A stretch of 64,000 nt of DNA. It comes from Patescibacteria group bacterium (lineage in GTDB: Bacteria > Patescibacteriota > Microgenomatia > UBA1400 > Chisholmbacteraceae). The translations under genes and the position numbers were made by a program. Location: contig JADFLW010000001.1 of assembly GCA_022564195.1 (NCBI GenBank), forward strand, positions 711 to 64,710, read 5' to 3'. The notes below the pieces were generated by a model that worked only from the letters and a program-made list of their open reading frames with translations, had not been told where the DNA came from and ran no database searches. How positions within the stretch are numbered: the first letter of the stretch is position 1; each line of letters opens with the position of its first letter. Positions 1 through 9,399 of this stretch are shown here, one piece after another.

Positions 1-1
1 T

Positions 2-1705
2 GTTCCCGAGAAGGATCGGGAGACTCCATACTACGATGAAATCCTGCGCAGTGTCTACGCCAATAATGCCGGAAACTGGGGTTCGCACAAGCTCAACGCA
101 ACCTGTACGGATCGGTCAAGAGATTTAGATCAGTTCAGCTTTGAGTCACGCTATGAGATTGATCTGCTGTCGGCGGCAGATGTTTCTGTACGCGAAGGTG
201 AAACCTTAGATAGAGAAAAGATTAAAGAACTTGAGGAGAATGTGTATGCTCTGGCAAGAGAAATGGAAGAGCAGGGGTTTGACAGCGAAAAAGCGAAGGA
301 AGCATTGGCTTCAGAGGTGGAGGAGAAACTCAGGACGGTTCAGGAGCGAGGTGGGTTGACAGGCGTTGATCTTGAGAAAATCACGAGCACTGAAGAACGC
401 TTGTTTTTGTTGCTGGTGGATGCTGTCTATGGGGAGGGGAGCATTGATACTGCTGACTTGAAGCGGTTGGTTATCCGATACGAATTCGCGTATTTTGAGG
501 ATATACGTGATTATATCGAAGGAACAAATGATCGAGTGGGGAGAGCCCGAAACCCTGACTACGGGCTCTTGACTGAGCTTCACAGTTTTTACTCAGACAG
601 AATAAAAGAAGTAAATCGAGGCCTAGTACGAGCAGCATTGGAAAATCCTGAAGTCGCTAAGACTTTTCCTCAATACTTTGAGCAGCTTTCTAAAGACGCT
701 GCCATACAGAAAAGAAAGGAAATTATGAGTCGTCAACGTGTGGACAGGTTGGGGATGAGTGATAGTTTTATAGAACAAATCAGGAGATCATTGAGAGGGA
801 AAACGGGTCGAGACTATACTCCTGAATACGTGAGGCGGCTTATCGCAAGGTATGAGTCGTCAACCGGAGGATTGCGGGAGAAAACAACAGTTTCCAAAAA
901 GAAACGAACAAAAGCATTTTACGGCCAGCTCCGGGCTCAGCGGGAGAAAACGTTTCGGGTCATGCAGGAGCTTACTGGCGAGGAGGTGGATCCTCAGGAC
1001 GTTCATCTTGATGAAATTAACCTTGCAGAGCTTATTGAGGGGCAGGTCAGCATCGAAAAAGGAAGGTATGACGAAGAGCAGTTTGCTTCTTATACCGTGC
1101 AGCGGTTTTTGAATGTGTTTGCTGATGAGCGGGAGGCGATTGAGAGCCAGTTGGATAAATTTAAGACTGCCTCTGGGAAGGGGCGGGAGGTTCTGAATGC
1201 GTATTTCACCAAATCCAAAGAGAGCGCCAATGCGCGGATGGTAGGGGGAGTTTGTGTGGCTGGAGACAACCCCGATAGATCGGGAAGAAAGAATATGTGG
1301 GACATGGAGAACTACTTTCAACTGGTGTTCCAGGATCCTGAAACCTACCGCTGCCAAGGGCTGGTGCTTTTGCACCATTTTACCGATGATGAAGGAAAGA
1401 GGATTCTTGCGGCATCACTCAACCCTTCCAGCACCTACGTCTTGTCGGTAGATGAAGAGGCATTGTTTGCTGGCATCATGGGCCTGTTGGTGGAATTTAC
1501 GGAGGGAAACGAGTTTGACATGATTGTTACATCTTCGAATAGAACGATTCGCACCAACAGAACCGGAGGCGCGTTTGAGAAGGCAATTGAGGAGCGGATT
1601 CGAAAGATCGGAAAGGAGTACCGGTTTGCAGAACCCAAGCGTTTCTCTTTCCAAAACCAGTATCATCTCCAAGAGATGGATGTGGTTTGGGAGAAGGGAG
1701 AGTAG
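2..1705 (+). CDS. hypothetical protein, 5' partial (frame open to window start)
   Basis: ORF track 242..1705; same frame has no stop back to nt 2; stop TAG 1703-1705; no recognisable motif. Confidence 0.55.
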   Translation, partial: VPEKDRETPYYDEILRSVYANNAGNWGSHKLNATCTDRSRDLDQFSFESRYEIDLLSAADVSVREGETLDREKIKELEENVYALAREMEEQGFDSEKAKEALASEVEEKLRTVQERGGLTGVDLEKITSTEERLFLLLVDAVYGEGSIDTADLKRLVIRYEFAYFEDIRDYIEGTNDRVGRARNPDYGLLTELHSFYSDRIKEVNRGLVRAALENPEVAKTFPQYFEQLSKDAAIQKRKEIMSRQRVDRLGMSDSFIEQIRRSLRGKTGRDYTPEYVRRLIARYESSTGGLREKTTVSKKKRTKAFYGQLRAQREKTFRVMQELTGEEVDPQDVHLDEINLAELIEGQVSIEKGRYDEEQFASYTVQRFLNVFADEREAIESQLDKFKTASGKGREVLNAYFTKSKESANARMVGGVCVAGDNPDRSGRKNMWDMENYFQLVFQDPETYRCQGLVLLHHFTDDEGKRILAASLNPSSTYVLSVDEEALFAGIMGLLVEFTEGNEFDMIVTSSNRTIRTNRTGGAFEKAIEERIRKIGKEYRFAEPKRFSFQNQYHLQEMDVVWEKGE

Positions 1706-1730
1706 AGCTATTTCAATTCCACCTGTGCCC

Positions 1731-1765
1731 CTGTCCCCCTTCGCGTAGCGCTTCGAGGGGGACCT
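1731..1765. terminator. GC-rich hairpin (GTCCCCC..GGGGGAC) between convergent genes; no clear U-tract
   Basis: inverted repeat read directly; lies between stop of CDS at 1705 (+) and rplL stop at 1884 (-). Confidence 0.3.
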
Positions 1766-1883
1766 TCACTTGGTGGAATTATTTCAATTCCACCTGTGCT
1801 GACCGTCGGACGCCCCGGCTCAGGTCTCACTTCAGTTCGACTTGAGTGAGCCCGTCAAACGGGTCTGCCCAGGCAGAATTTCA

Positions 1884-2312
1884 TCACTTCAATTCTACTT
1901 GGGCCCCAGCCTCTTCCAACTTCTTCTTTGCCTCTTCCGCGTCTTCCTTGTTCGCGCCTTCGAGAAGTTTCTGTGGCGTCTTTTCGACGAGATCTTTGGC
2001 CTCTTTGAGTCCCAGATCCTGCTTGATTTCGCGGACTGCCTTGATGACTGCGATTTTGTTTGCTCCGGGAGACGTGAGCACCACATCAAATTCGCTTTTC
2101 TCTGGTGCCGCCGCCGGGGCGGCGCCAGCTTCGGCACCGCTTGCAGCTGGTGCACTCGTTGCAGGTGTTGCTGCTGAGACACCGAATTTTTCTTCAAGCG
2201 TAGTTACGACCTCTGCAAGCTCGACGACCGTAAGCTTCTCGATTTCGTCGATGATTTTTTGCAACTTCTCTGGAAGTTTCTTTGCTTTCTTTTCTTTCTT
2301 GGCTTCTGGCAT
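1884..2312 (-). CDS. rplL: 50S ribosomal protein L7/L12
   Basis: ORF track; EKFGVSAA...[11 protein letters not shown]...[10 protein letters not shown] motifs; SD GAGGAGGTG upstream; short Lys-rich N-terminal extension. Confidence 0.93.
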   Translation of the reverse strand: MPEAKKEKKAKKLPEKLQKIIDEIEKLTVVELAEVVTTLEEKFGVSAATPATSAPAASGAEAGAAPAAAPEKSEFDVVLTSPGANKIAVIKAVREIKQDLGLKEAKDLVEKTPQKLLEGANKEDAEEAKKKLEEAGAQVELK

Positions 2313-2327
2313 GTAGTGTCACCTCCT

Positions 2328-2870
2328 CTAATTTGCCTCCTTCTTCTCCTTGATAGCCTTGATTACCATTGTTAGTTTCTGCATATTTCCAGATAGCACG
2401 TATACCAGCCGGGCGCTGGGTGCGTTGAATGTGCCGATTAAACGAGAGATGAGCTCTTCGCGTGTAGGGAGTTTTGCAAGGCGCTCGATCTCTTCAATTG
2501 AAAGGATACGGTCTTTCGGCTTCAGAATGATGCCAATCTTGAGCTTCGGAAGATCGTGCCCTTGACTAAATTGGACGAGGGCTTTGATCGGGCCGATTTC
2601 GTCTTCGTAAGCAAAGAGGAATGCGGTTGGCCCTCGTAAAGTCTCCTCGACTTTACGGGGTAAACCGCTTTTTCTCATTTCTGAGAAGGCGAGTTTGAAG
2701 AACCTGTTCTTGGCGACAAGAAACTGCCCACCAGCATCGGCTATGTTCTTTCGAAGTTCACTCTGGTCACTGACTGATAGGCCGGAGTAATCGGCCAGAA
2801 TTACCGCTTTTGCAGTCGATAATTTTTCAGAAAGACTCTTGACTTGGTCGATGTTTTTTTGACTTGGCAT
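2328..2870 (-). CDS. rplJ: 50S ribosomal protein L10
   Basis: ORF track; L10-like sequence immediately upstream of rplL in same orientation. Confidence 0.9.
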   Translation of the reverse strand: MPSQKNIDQVKSLSEKLSTAKAVILADYSGLSVSDQSELRKNIADAGGQFLVAKNRFFKLAFSEMRKSGLPRKVEETLRGPTAFLFAYEDEIGPIKALVQFSQGHDLPKLKIGIILKPKDRILSIEEIERLAKLPTREELISRLIGTFNAPSARLVYVLSGNMQKLTMVIKAIKEKKEAN

Positions 2871-2905
2871 AAAAAACCCCCTCCGAAAATGCGAGGGGAT
2901 GATAC
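2871..2905 (-). promoter_or_regulatory. hairpin sequestering the SD (CCCCTC..GAGGGG + GGTTTTTT) directly upstream of rplJ start; possible L10 autoregulatory leader
   Basis: inverted repeat cccctccgaaaatgcgagggg read in sequence; position relative to rplJ ATG. Confidence 0.3.
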
Positions 2906-3051
2906 TTTTGTTGTTTCTCCTCGGCAGGGCTTATTGCTGTGCCTGCTATCTTCGGACGGAAAGAAGTGTACTACAATGGGAGGTCTTTTTCAACTATTTG
3001 GGGTGGAAATTGTCGGCTGATCTAGTGTAGACTAGAGACGAGGAGGTCGGG

Positions 3052-3234
3052 ATGGCGGATGATAGTGGACAGGAGGCAAAGGAAAAGGATCCGGTTGAGG
3101 TGATACGGTCTTCGCTGAATAAGGCGTTGGGGTTTTTAAAACAGCTCTTGGGACAGGAGGAGCGGGAGCTGAAAGAGGAAATGGAAGAAGTCGAAAGGGC
3201 TGGTTCTTCTAAGCAGAATCCCACTTCAGACTAG
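3052..3234 (+). CDS. hypothetical small protein (60 aa)
   Basis: ORF track only. Confidence 0.3.
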   Translation: MADDSGQEAKEKDPVEVIRSSLNKALGFLKQLLGQEERELKEEMEEVERAGSSKQNPTSD

Positions 3235-3345
3235 AACTTTCTCTTGTAACTTTCTTCTTGTCAGCAATGCGGCTGCAGTGTGAAGAAGAAGAGTTGGATT
3301 GTGTGGGATTTCTTCAGAGCGATGGGTGTGGAGATTGGCAGGGTA

Positions 3346-3798
3346 CTAGGGAGCACCCTGCTGTTGAGGTGGTTGATACGACGGAGGGGGTTGGCCGTGG
3401 ACTTCCATTGAGAGAGCCTTGAGTTCGGCTCGGATTTTTTCAATTTCCGCTTGGGTTTCCATCTGTCTTTGTTTGAGCGCTTTCTCGTCAAAGAGGATTT
3501 CCTCTTCCTTTTCTTTGATTTCCTCAAGCTCTTTGAAAAGTTCTTCCTTTTCCTTCTTTTTTTCTTCTTCCTCGTGAACTTCCTGTTCGGCTTCCGCCTC
3601 TGCCTCGGCGATGATTTCGAGTGCTTTTTTAATGAGCTTGATGGCGCGGGAGATCTCGGTTTTGGCGGTCAAGCTATGGTGAAGCCGTTCTCGTTGCTCG
3701 GAGGTAAGCTTGGGAAGAAGGCTGTGCCAGTGGTCCTTGTCTTCATCGCTGAGGGGGGATTTGTTGATAGCATCGAGTAAGGCTTGATCTTCGATCAT
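3346..3798 (-). CDS. hypothetical coiled-coil protein, Glu/Lys-rich
   Basis: ORF track; low-complexity EK-rich heptad-like sequence. Confidence 0.5.
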   Translation of the reverse strand: MIEDQALLDAINKSPLSDEDKDHWHSLLPKLTSEQRERLHHSLTAKTEISRAIKLIKKALEIIAEAEAEAEQEVHEEEEKKKEKEELFKELEEIKEKEEEILFDEKALKQRQMETQAEIEKIRAELKALSMEVHGQPPPSYQPPQQQGAP

Positions 3799-3871
3799 GG
3801 CTCAATGATAACATTCTCCAGTTGCTTGTGGCTACTTGTTCGAGAGTAGTGCATTCGAAATGGGAGAAGTG

Positions 3872-5338
3872 TCAAACCCACTCTGGTGGCTTGAGTTTCA
3901 TGTCGTGGAGTATTGCTCGCGTCACTTTTTCTCTATCGTCTCCAACAACTATCATTCCATGACCTCCTAATTCAATTACTAAGACTTTTCCACGTAGTGG
4001 ATCTTCAGGGGGACCTGGATTTTGAAGCGCCTCAGAAAGCCAAAGTCCGGAGGCGGTGGCGTTTGCTGCGTCTAAAGAACCGCAAGCAAAATCGATATCT
4101 GTCGGATAGTATCTTGGGTCTGGGCGGACGACTTCGACATGGTCTGGGTCATAGTCTTCAAGATGCCAATGGGAGTGGTCGACGACTGTGATCATAGGGA
4201 TGAGCCCTTCCGGTACAATGTCAGCTGCTCCGTTCGTTGAGAATTGCTCTGTTAGCCAGCGCTCCGCCTCTGGAAAGTTTGTCGCGATTCTTCCCAGCGC
4301 GAGCGCGGCGTTCAAGATGATTTTCCCAGCCTCGAATGTTTCAACAGAGCCATTTTTGTATTTCTTTACTATACCTCCTCGCGGTTTTACTACAGCATAT
4401 CCATCTTGGGTGATTTGCATAACTGGGACCAAATGGCCATCACGAGGATCATCGCTTACTTCAACTTTCCCCCCGCCGCTCACGGTGACGCCCATCACCC
4501 GAAGATGTTCATCGAATTGCGCTCTCATACTTTCTCCAAGACTTTTATTCAATGCTTTTTCTATTGATTTAACATGGTCAAAGTCTTCATAGTATTCAGT
4601 TAATTTAACTGCGTTTTGGATGACACCTGCTTCTCCCAATGCCCATGCTGCTTCCGCTGTTTCACGATGGATGGGAGAGAGTTGCCATGTTTCCCAAGTG
4701 AGCCGTTCTGGTACTCCGCCATCGTGCCTTTCCGTTACATACGTTGTCCCGTAATGGGCGAGAATACGTCGGATAACATCCTCTAGGATCTCTTGATGTG
4801 GTTTTCTAATTTCCGCATAGTTTCCTTGCATGCTGGCCCAGAGAGCTCCTGAAACAGTATTCCCGCTGTCGCGACCCTCGAAGACTACGCCGTTGTTACA
4901 CGCTCCAGCAACGAGCTGTCTTCTTGCAATATGGAAATCCACAGGAGGGAGGTGATCGACCGTGTTCACAAGCAAGAATGGGGGTTTTGGAGCCGGCAAC
5001 CTCATGTACACTCCTACTGAGCCTATTCGCGCATCGATCTTCCCGTCGCCGAACATCATAACCATATCAGGACGCTTCTCCACTGGAGTCCTTCTATTTG
5101 GGAGCGGTCGTTGACTGCCTCCAATCGCATCACTTGTGAGTATTGTGCTTAATTGTTGGAAGACTTTTTCTTGGAGAGGTGTAGAGTGGCCAATTCCAAC
5201 TGCAAAGTCAATTGGCTTTGGATGCCAGATGTATGGTTCTGTCTCTGCTCTCCGGCGCAGTAATGGGACGAGCTGATCGGCAGGGAGGTGCCAATTGATG
5301 CTTTCGCCCCAGTATGGTTGTGGAGCGTCTTTTACCAT
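3872..5338 (-). CDS. hypothetical protein (488 aa), no confident family assignment
   Basis: ORF track; long ORF with typical composition. Confidence 0.6.
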   Translation of the reverse strand: MVKDAPQPYWGESINWHLPADQLVPLLRRRAETEPYIWHPKPIDFAVGIGHSTPLQEKVFQQLSTILTSDAIGGSQRPLPNRRTPVEKRPDMVMMFGDGKIDARIGSVGVYMRLPAPKPPFLLVNTVDHLPPVDFHIARRQLVAGACNNGVVFEGRDSGNTVSGALWASMQGNYAEIRKPHQEILEDVIRRILAHYGTTYVTERHDGGVPERLTWETWQLSPIHRETAEAAWALGEAGVIQNAVKLTEYYEDFDHVKSIEKALNKSLGESMRAQFDEHLRVMGVTVSGGGKVEVSDDPRDGHLVPVMQITQDGYAVVKPRGGIVKKYKNGSVETFEAGKIILNAALALGRIATNFPEAERWLTEQFSTNGAADIVPEGLIPMITVVDHSHWHLEDYDPDHVEVVRPDPRYYPTDIDFACGSLDAANATASGLWLSEALQNPGPPEDPLRGKVLVIELGGHGMIVVGDDREKVTRAILHDMKLKPPEWV

Positions 5339-5531
5339 GTACTTTTCATATCAGAATTATGCAGGTTTGGCAAGAAGTATCTTAAGGTCTTTGAAGGTCG
5401 GAGCTGAAAGGGTTGCGGCTTTTACTTCAGAATTTCCGCAAGTGTAGATGGCATCTCTTCATTGCTTACACCGCGTGCTATAATTGATCTCTATAATATT
5501 CAAATAGTCAAGTAGGAGAAGGTGAATATCT

Positions 5532-5849
5532 ATGCAGGTTGAAAAAGGACAACTTAAATCCATCCTCACTGGCGAGTTAGGCTACAGTGAAGTTGATGCC
5601 GAAGTTTATGCAGGCCAATATCCAGAACTTCATGAGACTCTTAGGGTTCCTATGGAGCAGTGGCTCGAAGATAGAACATTCGAGGATGTGAAGGTAGATG
5701 GTGTTTCTTTAAAGGAAGTTATGGAGGTTCATGGCAGTAACTTTGTGCAAGCTACTAGACAATTAAACGATTTGTTAGTTAAACCCTTGAGTGATGGGGA
5801 CAGACAGGTTCTCGTTGATTATTTGCAAAATCCACCTATCTATGAATAG
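5532..5849 (+). CDS. hypothetical protein (105 aa)
   Basis: ORF track; strong SD AGGAGAAGGTG 8 nt upstream of ATG. Confidence 0.55.
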   Translation: MQVEKGQLKSILTGELGYSEVDAEVYAGQYPELHETLRVPMEQWLEDRTFEDVKVDGVSLKEVMEVHGSNFVQATRQLNDLLVKPLSDGDRQVLVDYLQNPPIYE

Positions 5850-5924
5850 AATGGGTCTTTAGGTGTTGTAGTTTTTTACTGAGCTTGCCATGTTGTTTGC
5901 AGGTCGAACCTGCTGATTTAGACT

Positions 5925-6761
5925 TCACGTCTTTTGGAATTCGGAGAGCTCTACTTTTACTCCCGGAGACATCGTGCTTGCTAATGTTAATTTCTTGATG
6001 CGTTTGGTGTCGACGGCGGTGACTAAGGCTTTGAGGTTCTCCGTGAGCTTCTTGGTATCGAGCGAGGTTTTTCCGATCACAACGTGCATGAGCGGCGCTT
6101 TGCCTTCGGTTTTGACCTGGGTGGTTCCGGATTCGAGCTCCTTCTTTCGCTTTTTCGGATCGTCGGTGACGGTGCCAGTTTTGGGGTTGGGCATGAGTCC
6201 CATCGGCCCCAAGATTTTTGCAACTTTGACGATTTTCTTCATCGTATCTGGTGTGGCGAGAAGCACATCGAAGTCGATCTTTTTTTCCTCGATCTTTTTA
6301 AGCAGCGTATCGGTTGCGATGGCCACTCGTGCTTGTTTTCCGGTGGAGTGGGGGAAGGTGACGTCGGCCGATACTTTCTCCTCGTTGAGATTGAGGTGGG
6401 CTGAGATGGTGCCGTCAAAACGGGCGATTGAGGTTTTTTTGACCAACTCAATGGCCTCATCAATAGGATACGGTTTGGTTCGGTCCACTCTTGAGCGGGC
6501 GAGCTTGTAGCGGCGGCTTCGAACTCGAGGTTTGCGCTCGCGCTTTGGCTCGACTTTTTCCACCTCGGAGGTGTCTTCAGTTTTCACCTCCGAGGTGACT
6601 TTCTCTTCGAGTTCTATGCCTTCAATGGCCTCAGATTTGTCGGCAATGCGGCCGGCTCGTTTGCCGGTTTTGACGGCGGTCTTGGCGGCCCGCTTTTGGC
6701 TGACCTTTTTTTGCTTATCTTTTTGTGACGCGTCGATGACGCTGATGCGTTTTTGACCCAC
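5925..6761 (-). CDS. rplA: 50S ribosomal protein L1 with ~80 aa Lys/Glu-rich N-terminal extension
   Basis: ORF track; L1 core KPYPIDEAIELVKK..FDGTISAHLNL..; GTG start at 6761 preceded by GGAGGTG. Confidence 0.88.
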   Translation of the reverse strand: MGQKRISVIDASQKDKQKKVSQKRAAKTAVKTGKRAGRIADKSEAIEGIELEEKVTSEVKTEDTSEVEKVEPKRERKPRVRSRRYKLARSRVDRTKPYPIDEAIELVKKTSIARFDGTISAHLNLNEEKVSADVTFPHSTGKQARVAIATDTLLKKIEEKKIDFDVLLATPDTMKKIVKVAKILGPMGLMPNPKTGTVTDDPKKRKKELESGTTQVKTEGKAPLMHVVIGKTSLDTKKLTENLKALVTAVDTKRIKKLTLASTMSPGVKVELSEFQKT

Positions 6762-6872
6762 GTTTCACCTCCGGTAATAGACTCAAATGGCAAAACTCAA
6801 ATCGCAAAACCACATCTCAAATCTGAATAACTTTTAGTTTTGAATTGCAGTTTTGACTTTTGAACTTTTCGT

Positions 6873-7301
6873 TTAGCTTGCTACTTTTACTCCCATGCTC
6901 TTAGCAGTACCGATAATCGTTTTTATCGCCGCCTCCAAATCAGCGGTGTTTAAATCTTGCATTTTTTCGCGGGCGATTTCTTCCACCTGCTCACCTGTTA
7001 AGGTTCCTACCGTTTCAGACCCGGTGCTGTGGGCGCCCTTCTCGAGCTTCAATTTCTTTTTTATCAATTCCGAAACCGGCGGAAGCTTGGTGACAAAGGT
7101 AAATGATCGGTCTTCGTAGATGGTGACTTCAGCAGGGATGACTTGGCCTCTTTTGTCCTGGGTGGCTTCGTTGTAGGCCTTGCAGAAGTCCATGATGTTG
7201 ACGCCATGCTGGCCCAATGCGGGGCCGACCGGGGGGGCAGGATTTGCCTCTCCGGCTTTGAGGTTGAGTTTGAGGACAATCTTTACCTTTTTTGCTGCCA
7301 T
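6873..7301 (-). CDS. rplK: 50S ribosomal protein L11
   Basis: ORF track; [29 protein letters not shown] motif. Confidence 0.93.
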   Translation of the reverse strand: MAAKKVKIVLKLNLKAGEANPAPPVGPALGQHGVNIMDFCKAYNEATQDKRGQVIPAEVTIYEDRSFTFVTKLPPVSELIKKKLKLEKGAHSTGSETVGTLTGEQVEEIAREKMQDLNTADLEAAIKTIIGTAKSMGVKVAS

Positions 7302-7479
7302 AGTAATTAGCGTTTAAGGTTTAGCGTCTAACGTCAAGGGGAAACGAAGAAAGACAAAAAAGAAGCTTCCTCGCAATCCCAAACTGGTATTGCTCCCTCA
7401 ATCTTCTCTGAGGTTTGAGTTCCAGATCCGCCCGGTTGGCAGGCATTACGCTTGGACGAGGGGATTATAGCAGAAACGG

Positions 7480-7520
7480 TGGGGGAGTGGAGGGTGTTTT
7501 TGGGGATGTTGTGGTAGAAT
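7480..7520 (+). promoter_or_regulatory. candidate promoter with extended -10 (TGgTAGAAT at 7512-7520) for the acidic-protein gene array
   Basis: sequence read; ~80 nt upstream of CDS 7601. Confidence 0.3.
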
Positions 7521-7600
7521 GCGAGTTTAACTGAAGCGCTATTTTTTTGAGAAGGTGAGGGAGTCTGCTAGAAACAGCTGAGAGTGGTGAGTTTTCGAGC

Positions 7601-7966
7601 GTGGACGAGGCGATGGCGGCGTTTAGAGATGCCGCGATCCGCGATGAACAGCTGTTCATCGGAGGTTCCGAGGAATCTACGTACCAGCCGTCTCCGCCTC
7701 CACAGTTCGAACAGATTATGCGGGATAAGGTAAACGCTCAACAGGCAGCGATCGACATGGGGGCGACAGAGGCAGATCTGGTGAGGATAGAACTAGAGAT
7801 CAGAGATGGGCAAGAGCAGCGGATGCTTTTTACCTGGCTGCAGGCGGGAGGTCATCCAAGATTGACCCCTGAAGATATGCAGCAACTGGGAGGGGAGTTT
7901 GGGCTTGAGTGTCTCTCTCCAGAGACGGGGCAGGAATCGATGGACGAGTTTGGGCTGGAAAGGTAA
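7601..7966 (+). CDS. small acidic protein, GATE(A/V)D..FGLE paralog family member 1
   Basis: ORF track; shares MGATEADLVRIELE...FGLE motif with 8033 and 8797 ORFs. Confidence 0.55.
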   Translation: MDEAMAAFRDAAIRDEQLFIGGSEESTYQPSPPPQFEQIMRDKVNAQQAAIDMGATEADLVRIELEIRDGQEQRMLFTWLQAGGHPRLTPEDMQQLGGEFGLECLSPETGQESMDEFGLER

Positions 7967-8032
7967 GTTTTTTGATTTTCCAGGTAGAATATATTGTCCT
8001 ATAAACTAAGTTAAAGGAAGAGGTGAGGAAGG

Positions 8033-8428
8033 ATGGCGAGTCCAATAGAGGGTAGAGAGTTGTCAAATAAAGACGAGGCGTTGGGCGCTTATCGGGATCT
8101 AATAGAAGACGGGACAGTATTGACCGGTTCCTTCAAAGATGGAGAGATTACCGAGGCCGAGTATTATGAGCGTTTCGATGGGATTTTGGAGGCTGCAAGT
8201 ACAATTCTCGATTCGGCGATGCGCATGGGGGCGACAGAGGTTGACATCTTTCGAATCGATCTTGACCTCGCAGGTCAAGAGGCTCAACAGGCACTTTTTT
8301 TGAGCCAACAAATCAGCGGTCTTCCCGGGCTGACTTCTAGCCAGATCGAGGAGCTAAAGCAAGAGTTTGGACTGGAGGATGTGGATCCTGAGCAGAAGGA
8401 GGAACTCGGTGGGTATTTTGAGCTATAA
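8033..8428 (+). CDS. small acidic protein, paralog family member 2
   Basis: ORF track; SD GGAAGAGGTGAGGAAGG; MGATEVDIFRIDLD...EFGLE. Confidence 0.55.
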   Translation: MASPIEGRELSNKDEALGAYRDLIEDGTVLTGSFKDGEITEAEYYERFDGILEAASTILDSAMRMGATEVDIFRIDLDLAGQEAQQALFLSQQISGLPGLTSSQIEELKQEFGLEDVDPEQKEELGGYFEL

Positions 8429-8497
8429 CAGCAATGTGTTTTCGTCCATGTGATACAATACCAACCTATAATATTACTTTAAGAAGGGTGCTGATTT

Positions 8498-8800
8498 ATG
8501 ACAGAAGGCGATGAGGTTGAGCGAGAACCAGTCAATTTAGGGCTAGAAAAGTTACAAGAACATATGGAGCCTGGTGAGATATTCATCACCAATGCGCCAA
8601 GATCTCCAGACCCTCTTATTTCGGAGATTCAAACTGCGGAGCAATTCGCGTATGATCTTGAAGAGGAAGGGAGATATGAGTCGGTTCGGGTGATCGACGC
8701 GGCATTTGGTATAGATGGTGAACCGATGGAAGATGATCAAGCTGTGGTGGCATTTCCCAAGCAAGAGCCAAGTACTTCGGAAGGAGGTGAGGGAGCATGA
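8498..8800 (+). CDS. small acidic hypothetical protein (not obviously in the paralog family)
   Basis: ORF track. Confidence 0.45.
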   Translation: MTEGDEVEREPVNLGLEKLQEHMEPGEIFITNAPRSPDPLISEIQTAEQFAYDLEEEGRYESVRVIDAAFGIDGEPMEDDQAVVAFPKQEPSTSEGGEGA

Positions 8801-9234
8801 GTGGACCAGAGGGGAGTGGTGATTATCCGAGCTTAGACGGGGCGATGGAGGCGATTAGAACTTCTTGGGAAAGTGAACAGCAATTGTCCCAAGCCCATCA
8901 GGACGGAGATATTACTCTTGGTGAATACAGAGAACAAAATCGGGAGATAACACAAGCTCGAGCATATGCTGAAAAGGCTGCTAGAGGCCTAGGAGCAACG
9001 GAGGTTGATCTCTGGGGTGTGACCTTGGAGTCTAAAGAGGATGAGTCGGGTCGGCAACTTCTTTTTGACGTTCTGCAGTTTGAAGGTCATCCAGAGATGG
9101 GTTCCGATGAATTCGGACAGCTGGCTGATCAGTTCGGCCTTGATACTCTGACAGAAGAGAGAAGTCAAGAGATGGAGCAGCAAAGTCAGCAGTGGATCGA
9201 AGAGGAACGGAGAGAAGCGGGGCTGCAGGAGTAG
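8797..9234 (+). CDS. small acidic protein, paralog family member 3
   Basis: ORF track; SD GGAAGGAGGTGAGGG; LGATEVDLWGVTLE...QFGLD; 4-nt overlap with upstream ORF. Confidence 0.55.
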   Translation: MSGPEGSGDYPSLDGAMEAIRTSWESEQQLSQAHQDGDITLGEYREQNREITQARAYAEKAARGLGATEVDLWGVTLESKEDESGRQLLFDVLQFEGHPEMGSDEFGQLADQFGLDTLTEERSQEMEQQSQQWIEEERREAGLQE

Positions 9235-9399
9235 GTCATAGTTCTTACTTGTACGCGGATTTGCGGTGGCAAAAGATTTCTCTACTTGTGTAACGTGAAG
9301 AAATTCGAGTTCCCTTCGACTGCACTTCGACTTCGCTCCCGCCAATACGGCGGGCAGGCAGTGCAAGCTCTCAGGGTAAACGACTGGGATCAACTTCTG

